A stretch of 64,000 bases of DNA from a virus (IMGVR_UViG_2721755711_000002), one strand, 5' to 3'. Counted from the first letter of the stretch, positions 10,105-19,924 are shown. Numbers and translations: made by a program. Notes: a model not told the origin generated them from the letters alone.

Positions 10105-10632
10105 ATGGAACTCGTAAACGTTACGCGTTACTACCCTGAAGACATGCCTTATGGTGAAGGCATTCAGTATTTCCGTAGTGAAGACGGGCAGGATTTTTAT
10201 GAATCACTGGATAAATTCACGAAGAAATACAAGCTGTGCACGCATCCTGAAACCGGCGTTATTTATTCAATGGCGGAAGACGTATCCCGGCTTTATCCGG
10301 CAGGTTTTACCATTGTGGAAGTGGATGAACTGCCGGAAGGTTTTGGCATTGAAGCCAGCTGGTATTACAAAGACGGAGAAGTGCTGCCGGTGCCTGTTGA
10401 TTACTCGCGACTGGCAGAAAAAAAACGCCAGAGCCTGCTGAATGAAGCAAAGGACATCACCTCCGACTGGAAAACCGAGCTGGAGCTGGGCACCATCAGC
10501 GATGATGACAAAGCCCGTCTTACGCAATGGATGGCATATATCAAAGCGGTAAAGGCGCTGGATTTAAGTCAGGTCAGTGATGAATCATCTTATAATGCCA
10601 TTGAGTGGCCAGTACCTCCACAGAACATCTGA
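10105..10632 (+). CDS. tail fibre assembly protein (Tfa, gpG-like)
   Basis: 175 aa directly after fibre gene; conserved C-terminal SYNAIEWPVPP-type end. Confidence 0.75.
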   Translation: MELVNVTRYYPEDMPYGEGIQYFRSEDGQDFYESLDKFTKKYKLCTHPETGVIYSMAEDVSRLYPAGFTIVEVDELPEGFGIEASWYYKDGEVLPVPVDYSRLAEKKRQSLLNEAKDITSDWKTELELGTISDDDKARLTQWMAYIKAVKALDLSQVSDESSYNAIEWPVPPQNI

Positions 10633-10651
10633 AAAAGAAGTTAATCAACAG

Positions 10652-10678
10652 ACCGCCTTTAAGGGCGGTTTTTTTATG
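10652..10678 (+). terminator. intrinsic terminator-like hairpin after tfa
   Basis: ACCGCC-TTTAAG-GGCGGT followed by TTTTTTTA. Confidence 0.5.
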
Positions 10679-10688
10679 GGAGAAATGT

Positions 10689-12164
10689 ATGTCCGGACTA
10701 CATGGTGTGGAAACCATTGAACTGACGACAGGCACGGTGGCCGTGCAGACCGTCTCCACGGCAGTGATTGGCCTCGTGGGGACAGCGCCGGACGCCTCCG
10801 GCGGTGTGTGTGCTTCCGGTACTGCCGGATCATGGTTGTTGAGTTCCGCGCTGGATTTTACAGCGAAAAAAGCCGGGCGGTCCGGCAATGAGATTTCAGT
10901 TGTGGCCAACGGAAGCACGCAGCAAAACGCAGAGACAACCGCGGCTCTGGAGGGAAACACCCTGACAATCACACTGGGCACAGATGAACATGGTGAGACG
11001 AATGCCACAGCGTCACGTGTGAAGGAGGTTGTGAATGCGCTGGAGGATTCACCGGTGATGGCCGATACCAGCATGCTGAATGCAGATTCTGTCGGGGAAG
11101 GAGTGGTATCTCCCTTTACCCTGACGTTGTCCGGCGGTGAGGATGAGGCATTTCCGGTTAATACGCCGGTGGTGGTGGCGGGGGCACTCACGCAGGCCGG
11201 AAAGCTGGGGGCTTCCGGAACGCTGTATCCTGCCCTGCGCGATATTTTTGACCAGACCGGTGCGCTGGTGATTGTGGTACGCGCGGAAAGCAAACCGAAA
11301 GCGAAGGAGACCGAACAGCGTGCTGCAGTGATTAAGGCCATGGAGGCGCTGACGTGGAGTAAAGGCGTAACGGGCTACCAGCCGCGTATTCTTGTCGCCA
11401 CCGGCTACAGCGAGGATGATGGTGTGGCAAAGGCGCTGGAAACGTATGCCGCGAAACTGCGGGCTGTTGCCTATATTGACTCCCCATCAATGGCAACGCC
11501 GCAGGATGTGGTTCAGCGCCGGACGTTATTTGGTGGGCGTGTTGAACTGCTTCGTCCGCGTGTGTCGGTGACGGATGACAGCGGACAAACAGTGTTTCGC
11601 CCGTATTCGGCACGCGCAGCCGGACTACGTGCCCGTATTGATTATGAAAAAGGATGGTGGTGGTCCAAATCAAATCAGGACGTGATGAATATCACCGGTC
11701 TTGAGCAGGCGGATACATTTATTCTCGGGGAGCAGAACTGCACGGCAAACCTGCTGAACATGGAAAACATCTCCACCATTATTCGTCATGACGGTTTTAA
11801 ACACTGGGGTAACCGCCTGTGTACATCTCACAGCCAGTTGCGCTTTGAGTCCGTGCGCCGTACAGCTGATGTGATTGAAGACAGTGTTCAGGAATCCATG
11901 TTGCCTTATGTTGACCGTCCGATTGATCGGGATGTAGCGGACGATATTCTCGGCAGTATTAATGCCTACATGCGCCAGCTTAAAAATCTGGGCGCGATCC
12001 ACGGTGGTAGCGCATGGCTGAACGACGAACTGAATACAGCAGAAACCCTGGCTGCCGGGCAGTTGTATATCGACTATGACTTCGGGCCGAAGTCACCACT
12101 GGAACGCCTGACGCTGCGGACAATGATCAACAATAAACTGGCACGGGAGGAACTGACAGTATGA
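10689..12164 (+). CDS. contractile tail sheath protein, P2 FI-like
   Basis: ATG 10689 after GGGAGA; about 491 aa; followed by tube, chaperone and tape-measure genes. Confidence 0.85.
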   Translation: MSGLHGVETIELTTGTVAVQTVSTAVIGLVGTAPDASGGVCASGTAGSWLLSSALDFTAKKAGRSGNEISVVANGSTQQNAETTAALEGNTLTITLGTDEHGETNATASRVKEVVNALEDSPVMADTSMLNADSVGEGVVSPFTLTLSGGEDEAFPVNTPVVVAGALTQAGKLGASGTLYPALRDIFDQTGALVIVVRAESKPKAKETEQRAAVIKAMEALTWSKGVTGYQPRILVATGYSEDDGVAKALETYAAKLRAVAYIDSPSMATPQDVVQRRTLFGGRVELLRPRVSVTDDSGQTVFRPYSARAAGLRARIDYEKGWWWSKSNQDVMNITGLEQADTFILGEQNCTANLLNMENISTIIRHDGFKHWGNRLCTSHSQLRFESVRRTADVIEDSVQESMLPYVDRPIDRDVADDILGSINAYMRQLKNLGAIHGGSAWLNDELNTAETLAAGQLYIDYDFGPKSPLERLTLRTMINNKLAREELTV

Positions 12165-12679
12165 TGTCATGCGAGAAAAAACTGCTACGGGCATGGGCGC
12201 TCTTTCTGCCGGGTGGTATTCGCCTTCAGGGGGCACATGAGTACACGCCTCCGGCCATCAATATCACGAAGGTGGATATCAAAACCGGTGCGATGGATGC
12301 GCCGGTGTCAGTGGATGACGGTATGGAGGCGCTGACCTGCTCGTTTAAAATTTACGGATACGACGTGGCCATACTGACTCTGCTGGGATTGCAGGCAGGG
12401 ATTTATTCGCCAGAAATTGTTGTCCGTCAGGCGTATCAGGTGGGCGGTGCAACAAGCGGTCTGGTGGAAACCCTTCAGGGAATGATCACCAGTATCACGC
12501 CGGATGCGCGTCCGTCCACCTCGCAGGCAGAAGCAGCGGTGTCGGTGGAAATGTCACTGAGTTATTACCGCCAGGCTGTCGATGGACTGGAGACCATCTG
12601 CATTATTCCGGAGCAGTTTGTACGGCGCATTAACGGTGTGAATGTGCTGTCGGATCTGAAAAAAATTATCCGGGTGTGA
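12161..12679 (+). CDS. tail tube protein, P2 FII-like
   Basis: 172 aa, ATGA overlap with sheath stop. Confidence 0.8.
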   Translation: MMSCEKKLLRAWALFLPGGIRLQGAHEYTPPAINITKVDIKTGAMDAPVSVDDGMEALTCSFKIYGYDVAILTLLGLQAGIYSPEIVVRQAYQVGGATSGLVETLQGMITSITPDARPSTSQAEAAVSVEMSLSYYRQAVDGLETICIIPEQFVRRINGVNVLSDLKKIIRV

Positions 12680-12739
12680 TCTGGAGAAGTGGTCATTCAG
12701 GCGGTTCAGGCCGCCTTTTCTTTTTAAGAGGAAATCAAT

Positions 12740-13042
12740 ATGCCAGAGATAAACAGTATTCCCTGCAGCAGCGTGGAGATTGTGTTATCCGTGCCGTATG
12801 TCACTGCGTCAGGTCAGACAATCTCGCATGTCACCATGCGTGCACCCACCGTCCGCGATCGTCTGTTACATCGCCGGAGTACCAAGCCGGAAGCAGAAGC
12901 CGATCTGGATATGATAGCCGGCCTGTGCGGAATGGATGCGGCGGACATGATGAATATGGAAGCGTGTGATTACCTGTCCCTGGAGCGGCAGTTTAATGTT
13001 TTTTTGCTGCCGCCGGTCAGGCGGAAGAAGACAGCATCCTGA
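12740..13042 (+). CDS. tail assembly chaperone E
   Basis: 100-aa ORF upstream of tape measure, contains T7G slippery run near 3' end. Confidence 0.7.
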   Translation: MPEINSIPCSSVEIVLSVPYVTASGQTISHVTMRAPTVRDRLLHRRSTKPEAEADLDMIAGLCGMDAADMMNMEACDYLSLERQFNVFLLPPVRRKKTAS

Positions 13043-13179
13043 CAGCGATACGGCGCGCCGGTGCCTGGTTCGGGTGGTCTCCCGGAGATGTGATGGCACT
13101 GCCGTATGCAGATTTTGTGTCAATGATGCTGGAGGAATCGGAAGAGAGGCGGCGACGTTATGGCAACGGTGGGCGATAA
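12740..13179 (+). CDS. tail assembly chaperone E+E' (predicted -1 frameshift product)
   Basis: -1 frame is open from 13006 to TAA at 13177-13179 with no upstream ATG; joins E at TTTTTTTG. Confidence 0.55.
12999..13006 (+). promoter_or_regulatory. programmed -1 ribosomal frameshift slippery site (T7 G)
   Basis: T TTT TTG in the E frame (codons GTT TTT TTG); same heptamer type as P2 E/E'. Confidence 0.6.
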
Positions 13180-14815
13180 CCTGAAAGCGAATATCAGGAT
13201 CGGCGGCACGATAGATCCGTCGTGGAAAAAATCGGTTGATGGACTGAAGCACGGATTATCAGGGGCAACGCAGGAAGTGGCTCGCCTGACTCGCCAGCAG
13301 GATGTACTGAAACGAAAAATTCAGGCTGGCGTACTGGCAGGGCAGGATATTACTGAACTGCGAAAGCAGTATGAAAAGCTGGGCAAAAAAATTCATGATG
13401 CCACCGGAGAGCAGGATAAATTTAACCGTAAGCTGGCACGTGCGGAACGTCTGGAACGCTGGAAAGGGCGTGGAAAGACCGCTCTGAAAGCGGGGTTAGG
13501 GCTTTCGGTCGGGGCAGGACTGACACTGGCAGGCGCTGCCGGTGCAGCACTTAGCCGGAACAGTGAAACTGCAGAGCGGGCAGGGATAGCCCGGAGTTAC
13601 GGTGTGGATTATGAGACGTATGCAGCGTGGGATTCGCTGGGTAAGCAGATGGGGCTGAACGGGGAAAACTTCGGGGATCTGTTTGAGGAGTACCGTAACA
13701 AGGTTTTTGATGATGATAATGGCGCATCGGATAAAGGTGCCATACAGCAGGTCTTCGGGGCGCTGGGGCTGAAAACCGGGGTGATGGCGGGAAAAAACAA
13801 CCAGGAGCAGGTTGAATTTCTTTTTGACCGATTGCTGCAGGTGAAGGATGAACAAAAGGCTGCCGGGATGGCGGATGCATTGTTTGGTGGTGAGGGTAAT
13901 AAGATCCTGACCTGGATACGTCTGTCAGGAAAAACTTACCGGGAGCTTATTGAGGAGCAGAAGCGCTATAACCTGGTGACCAGGGAAGGGGCGGATGGTG
14001 CCGTCCGGGGACATATCGCCGTCTCAAACCTCACCGGTGTTCTGGGTTCGTCCATTGATGAAATCTGTGGACAGCTGGGGAAAGAGCTGGCACCGAATAT
14101 TCAGCAGGTCACGGACGACCTGGCGGACTGGTTTAAAAACGGCGGGCTGGAAAAAATCAATACATTTATCAGAGAGGGCGCGCTGCCGATGTTGATCAAG
14201 GTGACGGCCTGGGCGTGGAATTTTGGAAAAGTCATTGCCGGGCTCACTGAAAAGGCCATCGAGTGGGGGCTGGCTGAAGATCCACGGAGTGACCGGCGTG
14301 AGGTGCTGGAATATCTGGCAAAAACAGGCTCACCAGAGCTGGCAAGGGCAGTGGCGAAGAGGAACGGGCAGGATAAATGGTTTGATGATCAGCTTAAAAA
14401 AAATCCCGATCTGACGAAGCAGGTTGTGAAGGCGTATACAGACACACGCGGTTTCCTGAGTGATGACGATAAAAAATTTGAGGCGTCCCTCGAGCCTTTT
14501 CTGGGGCCAGAAGACGATCCGGACTTTGACGGATGGGAAAAGAAAGCGCTTGATGTCCTCGCGAAGTATGACACCCCACCCGCTACAAAACAGGGGCAGG
14601 AAAAAACGGATCCTCTTTCTGCGCTTCACTACGTTCCGGGCAGTATCAGCCAGGTGGAAGTAAAACCCACGTATCAGATACGGGCTGAATTTAACCTCAC
14701 CCAGAAGCCCGGCGAGGATGCCGGACAGCTGGCAGACAGGGTGACGAAAAATCTGGGTGATATTGATTTTGGCCAGCGGGCCAGCATGACCGACAGTTAT
14801 GCATTCTGGGGGTGA
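13160..14815 (+). CDS. tail tape measure protein
   Basis: 551 aa, helical/charged, directly after chaperone pair. Confidence 0.7.
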   Translation: MATVGDNLKANIRIGGTIDPSWKKSVDGLKHGLSGATQEVARLTRQQDVLKRKIQAGVLAGQDITELRKQYEKLGKKIHDATGEQDKFNRKLARAERLERWKGRGKTALKAGLGLSVGAGLTLAGAAGAALSRNSETAERAGIARSYGVDYETYAAWDSLGKQMGLNGENFGDLFEEYRNKVFDDDNGASDKGAIQQVFGALGLKTGVMAGKNNQEQVEFLFDRLLQVKDEQKAAGMADALFGGEGNKILTWIRLSGKTYRELIEEQKRYNLVTREGADGAVRGHIAVSNLTGVLGSSIDEICGQLGKELAPNIQQVTDDLADWFKNGGLEKINTFIREGALPMLIKVTAWAWNFGKVIAGLTEKAIEWGLAEDPRSDRREVLEYLAKTGSPELARAVAKRNGQDKWFDDQLKKNPDLTKQVVKAYTDTRGFLSDDDKKFEASLEPFLGPEDDPDFDGWEKKALDVLAKYDTPPATKQGQEKTDPLSALHYVPGSISQVEVKPTYQIRAEFNLTQKPGEDAGQLADRVTKNLGDIDFGQRASMTDSYAFWG

Positions 14816-15306
14816 TGATGGTGGATTTTGTTGGCTTTGGCGCAAACATGATTGAGCGCAAGGCATGGGACAGGATTGGTTCATTAACCGATGTGGCCTC
14901 GCGGGTCATGCTGTCGTTTGGTGAGTTTGAGTTCAGTATTGATTCAGCGGCGTATAACGCCATGAAGCGCACCATGGAATGGCGATGGGATGAGCAGCAG
15001 TTAATCGGAAAAAAGGATCTGCTGCAGTATACCGGTAAGGGGGCCAGAACGATAAGCCTTGAAGGGATGGTTCATGCGGGATTTCGTGACGGTGTGGGGA
15101 TGGATGCCCTTGATACGCTGGTTCAGATGGTGGATAAAAATCCTGCGCCGCATCTGCTGGTTTCCGGGACGGGGGATGTGATGGGGTATTTTGTTGTAAC
15201 CGCCTATTCAGATAACACCACGTCCTTTCTTCCCGGCGGTGCGCCGAAAAACAAAACGTTCACACTGGAGCTGAAATACTATGGCGAAAAACTGGCGGAC
15301 CACTGA
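14812..15306 (+). CDS. tail protein U-like
   Basis: 164 aa between tape measure and X/D as in P2. Confidence 0.7.
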   Translation: MMMVDFVGFGANMIERKAWDRIGSLTDVASRVMLSFGEFEFSIDSAAYNAMKRTMEWRWDEQQLIGKKDLLQYTGKGARTISLEGMVHAGFRDGVGMDALDTLVQMVDKNPAPHLLVSGTGDVMGYFVVTAYSDNTTSFLPGGAPKNKTFTLELKYYGEKLADH

Positions 15307-15499
15307 CGGCGATATGCTGGATGATATCTGTCAGAGACACTACGGCAGCGCCGGACTCAACCAGTCACTGGCGGCGGTACTGGAGGCTAATCCCGGGCTG
15401 GCTGATCTTGGTCCGGTGTATCCGTCCGGGGTGGAAATCGTGTTACCGGACTGGACATATGAGCCGGAAGAGAAGGAGACGTTTCAGTTATGGGACTGA
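15281..15499 (+). CDS. tail protein X-like
   Basis: 72 aa, MAKNWRTTDGDMLDDICQRHYG, resembles phage tail X family. Confidence 0.65.
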   Translation: MAKNWRTTDGDMLDDICQRHYGSAGLNQSLAAVLEANPGLADLGPVYPSGVEIVLPDWTYEPEEKETFQLWD

Positions 15500-16566
15500 A
15501 TGAATATCAGCCGGATTTCAGTCTGACGGTGGAAGGCGAGGATATCACGAAAGCAATAAAACGCGGACTGGCTGAACTGCGTTATACCGATAATGGTGCT
15601 GCCACAAAGCGGGCTGATGAGTTAATGATAACGCTGTTCAGTGAAACGCTGGCATTGCCACCGAAAGGCGCAGTATTAACGCTGGGGCTGGGGTTTAACG
15701 GACGTCTGGTGAATAAGGGTAGCTTTACTGTCTGTCAGGTGGCAAGCGGTGGCCCTCCCCGCCGGATCACCATTTATGCCACAGCAGCCCCCATGAATGC
15801 GTCCAGGCATGGTGCAGATGTGACTGCACTGAAAACCCGCGCCTTCAGCGATGTCACGCTGGGTGACCTGGTAAAAACGATCGCCACTGAAAATAATCTG
15901 GTGGCGCGGGTATCTCCGGCACTGGAGAAAATTCGTATTCCGTGGGTGATGCAGTCATCTGAGTCGGATGCGTCCCTGCTTTCCCGGCTTGCAGGGATGT
16001 ACGGTGCCACCAGTAAACCGATGAACGGTTACTGGTTATTTCTGGAGTATGGTGCGTCGCAGAGTACCGGAGGCAGGGATGCCCCTGTGATGACCATCAC
16101 ACCGGATATGGTGTCAGACTGGGATTACCGGGAGGGCGATCGGCAGGGGGCATCCGGAGGCGGAAAAGGGGGAAAGGTTGGTGTCAGGTACTTTACTCCG
16201 TCTGATGGTCGCACGCGTGAACTTAAAGTGGATGTGGAGTCCACAGACAAGCGGCATCCCTTCACCCAGCCAGACCAGAGCACGGCAGAACATTGTGCAC
16301 AGTCGAAGGTAAAGCGGGTGCAGAAAGCGGGGCGTCAGATGACGATAACGCTGCCCTGCCGACCGGTATTGCTGAAAGCGGGGGCGGAAGTGCGCTTTAT
16401 CACACGGGGCTTCGGGGTACGGGAGGACCATAACTGGCAGGCAGAGTCAGTGGAATTTTCGTTGTCACCGGTGCAGGGATTTTCGCTGAATCTGTCGCTG
16501 GCCACGGATATTTCTGCAAAGGGGAAAGCCAGTGGCAAGAAAAAAGGCGTCAATTATTTTGGTTAA
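15490..16566 (+). CDS. tail protein D-like (baseplate hub)
   Basis: 358 aa after X; P2 D position. Confidence 0.75.
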   Translation: MGLNEYQPDFSLTVEGEDITKAIKRGLAELRYTDNGAATKRADELMITLFSETLALPPKGAVLTLGLGFNGRLVNKGSFTVCQVASGGPPRRITIYATAAPMNASRHGADVTALKTRAFSDVTLGDLVKTIATENNLVARVSPALEKIRIPWVMQSSESDASLLSRLAGMYGATSKPMNGYWLFLEYGASQSTGGRDAPVMTITPDMVSDWDYREGDRQGASGGGKGGKVGVRYFTPSDGRTRELKVDVESTDKRHPFTQPDQSTAEHCAQSKVKRVQKAGRQMTITLPCRPVLLKAGAEVRFITRGFGVREDHNWQAESVEFSLSPVQGFSLNLSLATDISAKGKASGKKKGVNYFG

Positions 16567-16590
16567 TGTTTTCTGAATCAGGAAATAAAA

Positions 16591-17226
16591 ATGTCTGTAT
16601 TAATTTCGGGTGTGCTGACGGATGGCGCGGGACTCCCCATGTCCGGATACCATATTATTCTGAAAGCCAGACAGAATACATCCGCAGTGGTCATGAGAAC
16701 GGTGGCTACAGTGATGACAGGTCCGGCAGGAGAATATGCTTTTGAAGCTCAGACCGGAAAATATGACGTTTATCTTCGGTCGTGTATTGAAAGGGAATAC
16801 TGTGTCGGTGATATTTCGGTTTACGACGACTCAAAGCCCGGCACGCTGAACGACTTTTTGACCGCTCTCGACGAAGGCGACCTCAAACCCGACGTGGTGA
16901 AACGCTTTGAGGAAATGGTGGCGCAGGCGCAGCAGGGTGCCGAAACTGCAACAGAAAGCGAACGACAGGCAGGGCAACATGCAGACGCTGCCGCCCGGGC
17001 AAAAGAAGATGTAAAAAAACTGGTGGAAGGTGTTCAGCAGAACGCCGACGCGGTTGCGGAGGGTAAACAACAGGCCGAAACTCTGGTCTCACAGGTTGAG
17101 GATACCGCCGCAGAGGTCAGGCAGGATGCTGAAGCCGCGAAAAAGGCCGCATCTGATGCAGAGCATGTCAGGGAGGATATTGACACTGCGTTATCTGCGA
17201 CACTGAAAACGGCGAATCGCCTGTAA
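16591..17226 (+). CDS. side tail fibre N-terminal domain protein (truncated Stf)
   Basis: MSVLISGVLTDGAG..ILKARQNTS..YDDSKPGTLNDFL recalls lambda Stf N-terminus; ORF stops at centre of inverted repeat. Confidence 0.7.
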   Translation: MSVLISGVLTDGAGLPMSGYHIILKARQNTSAVVMRTVATVMTGPAGEYAFEAQTGKYDVYLRSCIEREYCVGDISVYDDSKPGTLNDFLTALDEGDLKPDVVKRFEEMVAQAQQGAETATESERQAGQHADAAARAKEDVKKLVEGVQQNADAVAEGKQQAETLVSQVEDTAAEVRQDAEAAKKAASDAEHVREDIDTALSATLKTANRL

Positions 17227-17856
17227 ACGATTCGCCGTTTTCAGTGTCGCAGATAACGCAGTATCAATATCTGCTCTGGCCTGCTCTGCACCGGATGCGG
17301 CCTTTTTCGCGGCTTCAGCATCCTGCCTGACCTCCGCGGCGGTATCCTCAACCCGTGAGGCCAGATTTTCGGCCTGTTGTTTACCCTCCGCAACCGCGTC
17401 GGCGTTCTGCTGAACACCTTCCGCCAGTTTTTTTACCTCTTCTTTTGCCCGGGCGGCAGCGTCTGCATGTTGCCCTGCCTGTCGTTCACTTTCTGTTGCA
17501 GTTTCCGCGCTCTGCTGCGCCTGCGCCACCATTTCCTCAAAACGTTTCACCACGTCGGGCTTGAGGTCGCCTTCATCGGGGGCGGTCAGAAAATCATTCA
17601 GTGTGCCGGGCTTTGAGTCGTCGTATACAGCAATATCTCCAACACAGTACTCGTCGCGCCAGCCCTGCTTCAGATATACGCAGTATTTTCCGGTCTGCGC
17701 CTCAAAACAGTACTCGCCACAGTTTCCTGTCACCACGTCGGCAACTGTGCGCATCACCACCTCTGAGGTGTTTACCCGGGATTTCAGAATTATGTGGCAT
17801 CCGGACATGGGGATGCCTGCGCCATCAATCAGCGCACCTGATATCACTACAGACAT
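17191..17856 (-). CDS. side tail fibre N-terminal domain protein, inverted paralogue (truncated)
   Basis: 221 aa, near-identical to 16591-17226 product over C-terminal 130 aa; 3' ends overlap by 36 bp. Confidence 0.7.
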   Translation of the reverse strand: MSVVISGALIDGAGIPMSGCHIILKSRVNTSEVVMRTVADVVTGNCGEYCFEAQTGKYCVYLKQGWRDEYCVGDIAVYDDSKPGTLNDFLTAPDEGDLKPDVVKRFEEMVAQAQQSAETATESERQAGQHADAAARAKEEVKKLAEGVQQNADAVAEGKQQAENLASRVEDTAAEVRQDAEAAKKAASGAEQARADIDTALSATLKTANRLQAIRRFQCRR

Positions 17857-17879
17857 AGTTTTTCTCGCGATAAATTAAA

Positions 17880-18428
17880 TCAGGAAGAGGCTTCCGGAGA
17901 GACGGGCCATTCAATGGCGTTATATGAGGCTTTATCAGTGATGGTGCTGAAATCCATCGCCTGCAGCGATTTCGCGTAAATGCGGTACGCTTTCAGCTTT
18001 TCCCTGTCTTCGTCGCTGATTAATCCCAGCAGCAGGTCTTTTTCCCATTCGCTGGTCATGATACTGACCTGTTTTAACAGGGCATCACGCTCGTCTTCCG
18101 CTTTAAGTTTGTAGTCGAAAACAAATTCATCATTGCGGTAAAACCAGTAGCCTGATGCTTCAATGCGACGATTAGCGGTAATATCCGGCAACTCAATCAC
18201 GCTTTTATTTTCCGGGCAGATTGAGGTGATGTCTTTTCCGACCCAGACCACTTCGCCAGTTTTAACATAAATAACTTTCAGGGTGTCTGGTAGAAATTTT
18301 TCCTGGGCTTCGTGCCATTCCTGTCCATCATCTGAGAACAGCCACAATAAAAATTTATGCTGTCGCGCCAGCTGGTATTGCTCAATTGTTTTAGGGTTTT
18401 GTACCGTAATATTTTTTAAGTGCATCAT
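17880..18428 (-). CDS. tail fibre assembly protein (Tfa)
   Basis: 182 aa; C-terminus SYNAIEWPVSP matches the other Tfa in the window. Confidence 0.75.
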   Translation of the reverse strand: MMHLKNITVQNPKTIEQYQLARQHKFLLWLFSDDGQEWHEAQEKFLPDTLKVIYVKTGEVVWVGKDITSICPENKSVIELPDITANRRIEASGYWFYRNDEFVFDYKLKAEDERDALLKQVSIMTSEWEKDLLLGLISDEDREKLKAYRIYAKSLQAMDFSTITDKASYNAIEWPVSPEASS

Positions 18429-18430
18429 GA

Positions 18431-19924
18431 TTACAAACTCGCTACATTTCTCCAGACGCCATTAATCAGAACCTGCACCGGGCGTGCATTGGCCCAGTTC
18501 ACACTTTCACCGCCATCAACACCACTCAGTAAATGACCTGATGGCGCATTTCCCCCGCGTCCAATACCAATGGCGCTTCCCAGACGTACATCCTGCACGC
18601 CGCCTGTTTTGGTCTGATAGCGGGCATCAAAGTTTCCGTAGTTTGATGGAGTTATCTGCCCATTTACAGCGAATGTGACGCTATCGTCTGTATTTCTCTG
18701 ACTGTAGAAATGCCAGCCGGAATCATCACCAAGTTCTGCAACTACAGGTCTGGATGGATTACCCCATAAATTAAACCCTACGTTCTTCGTGGAGCTGTTG
18801 GAGCTGGATAGCGTGAATTTTTTACTATCCCCGGCCTGAACGTTTTTAAAAGCAATAGCAACTCCATTCTGAAAGCGAAATACGCGCTGATTATTAGCAT
18901 AAACATCCAGAATGCCATCGCCGTTTTGTTTTATACCGGTGTCGTTATCTCCGAGAGTAATGGAATTACCGCCCAGTGCGTTATCCGTACCAAGCGCCAG
19001 CCCACCATCAATTTTGGCCCCGTGGCTGACAGATATAGCACCTGTTCTCAGATTTATAGCAAATGGCCTTAATGGGCCAATATCGCCATTCTCGCCCTGA
19101 CCTTCACTGGTAGGGATAAGGTGCAGGCACTCTTCCGAACGACGAAAAATCAGGCCAAAAGCGTCGTTGAAAATCCTCAGCGCATTAACACCACGGATTT
19201 TCAGCTCCCCGGTCATCAAATCACCAGATTTTTTTACATATCGCAGATCAAAATCTGAATAGATATTGCCGGGGTTTATCACGCTGAAATAGCTTTTCTC
19301 GTTATCAAGAAGGCAAATCAAAGGAATACCTTTAATGATATCATTCGCTACCAGCTCGGACTTGTTCCCCTTATAAAGTGGGAACGTACCAAGAACCTTT
19401 CCGCCTAGTGTTAGTTGAAGTGTCGCCGCGTTGGTATTGTTCTGAACGGGGAAAACGATAATCGGGGTTCGTAGTGTCCAATCTGTACCTTCATTAACAA
19501 AAAACGTCGAGGGAAGCTCCAGCGTCAGTGTGTTTGCAGTGCCACCAGCAACACCCGCAATATAATGACCGCTCTGAAGCTGCGCTATCTGTACGAAATA
19601 GTTTTCCGAACCACGCGTGGCAAAGTTAGCCACAACGTCATTAAGGGACCAACCTTTCGCGGTTGTTCCTTCCTGCCCACGAATGACTTTCAGCACATCG
19701 CCGCTTACTGATACCAGGTGACAAATCTCAAATGCAGACTCTTTATTATCGGTAAGCGTAATTTTTGCATAGACGCGTTGCCCGTTCGATTTATTTTCAA
19801 AATCGGCAGAAAGCAATTTTGCAAATTTAGCTCCCGTGCCCGGCATCACCGGAATATCAGTCTGAATCGTCGTGATATCGCCAGCCAGTGCTGAAACAAC
19901 GTTATTGCCAAATCCAAGAATCAT
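18431..19924 (-). CDS. tail fibre protein with P2 H-like C-terminal domain
   Basis: 497 aa; C-terminal 170 aa almost identical to 8859-10091 product. Confidence 0.8.
   Translation of the reverse strand: MILGFGNNVVSALAGDITTIQTDIPVMPGTGAKFAKLLSADFENKSNGQRVYAKITLTDNKESAFEICHLVSVSGDVLKVIRGQEGTTAKGWSLNDVVANFATRGSENYFVQIAQLQSGHYIAGVAGGTANTLTLELPSTFFVNEGTDWTLRTPIIVFPVQNNTNAATLQLTLGGKVLGTFPLYKGNKSELVANDIIKGIPLICLLDNEKSYFSVINPGNIYSDFDLRYVKKSGDLMTGELKIRGVNALRIFNDAFGLIFRRSEECLHLIPTSEGQGENGDIGPLRPFAINLRTGAISVSHGAKIDGGLALGTDNALGGNSITLGDNDTGIKQNGDGILDVYANNQRVFRFQNGVAIAFKNVQAGDSKKFTLSSSNSSTKNVGFNLWGNPSRPVVAELGDDSGWHFYSQRNTDDSVTFAVNGQITPSNYGNFDARYQTKTGGVQDVRLGSAIGIGRGGNAPSGHLLSGVDGGESVNWANARPVQVLINGVWRNVASL

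Larger units (their letters stand above)
16591..17856. repeat. large inverted duplication (two arms of about 630 bp) centred at 17220-17227
   Basis: 17188-17219 is the exact reverse complement of 17228-17259; arms diverge toward outer ends. Confidence 0.9.

Noticed and set aside
10574-11341. 255-aa minus-strand ORF
   Set aside because: Lies antisense within the tail sheath gene; low-complexity Ala/Ser/Thr-rich translation typical of a mirror ORF.
12966-13184. 72-aa ORF in the ORF track that looks like the E' gene
   Set aside because: It is in the +1 frame relative to E; the -1 frame reached from the T7G slippery site (13006-13179) is the more plausible E' extension.
14330-14884. 184-aa minus-strand ORF
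   Set aside because: Antisense within the tape measure gene; no RBS context.
16591-17856. Interpretation of the stf inverted repeat as a Gin/Pin-type invertible tail-fibre segment
   Set aside because: No invertase gene is present and it is the N-termini, not alternative C-termini, that are duplicated.
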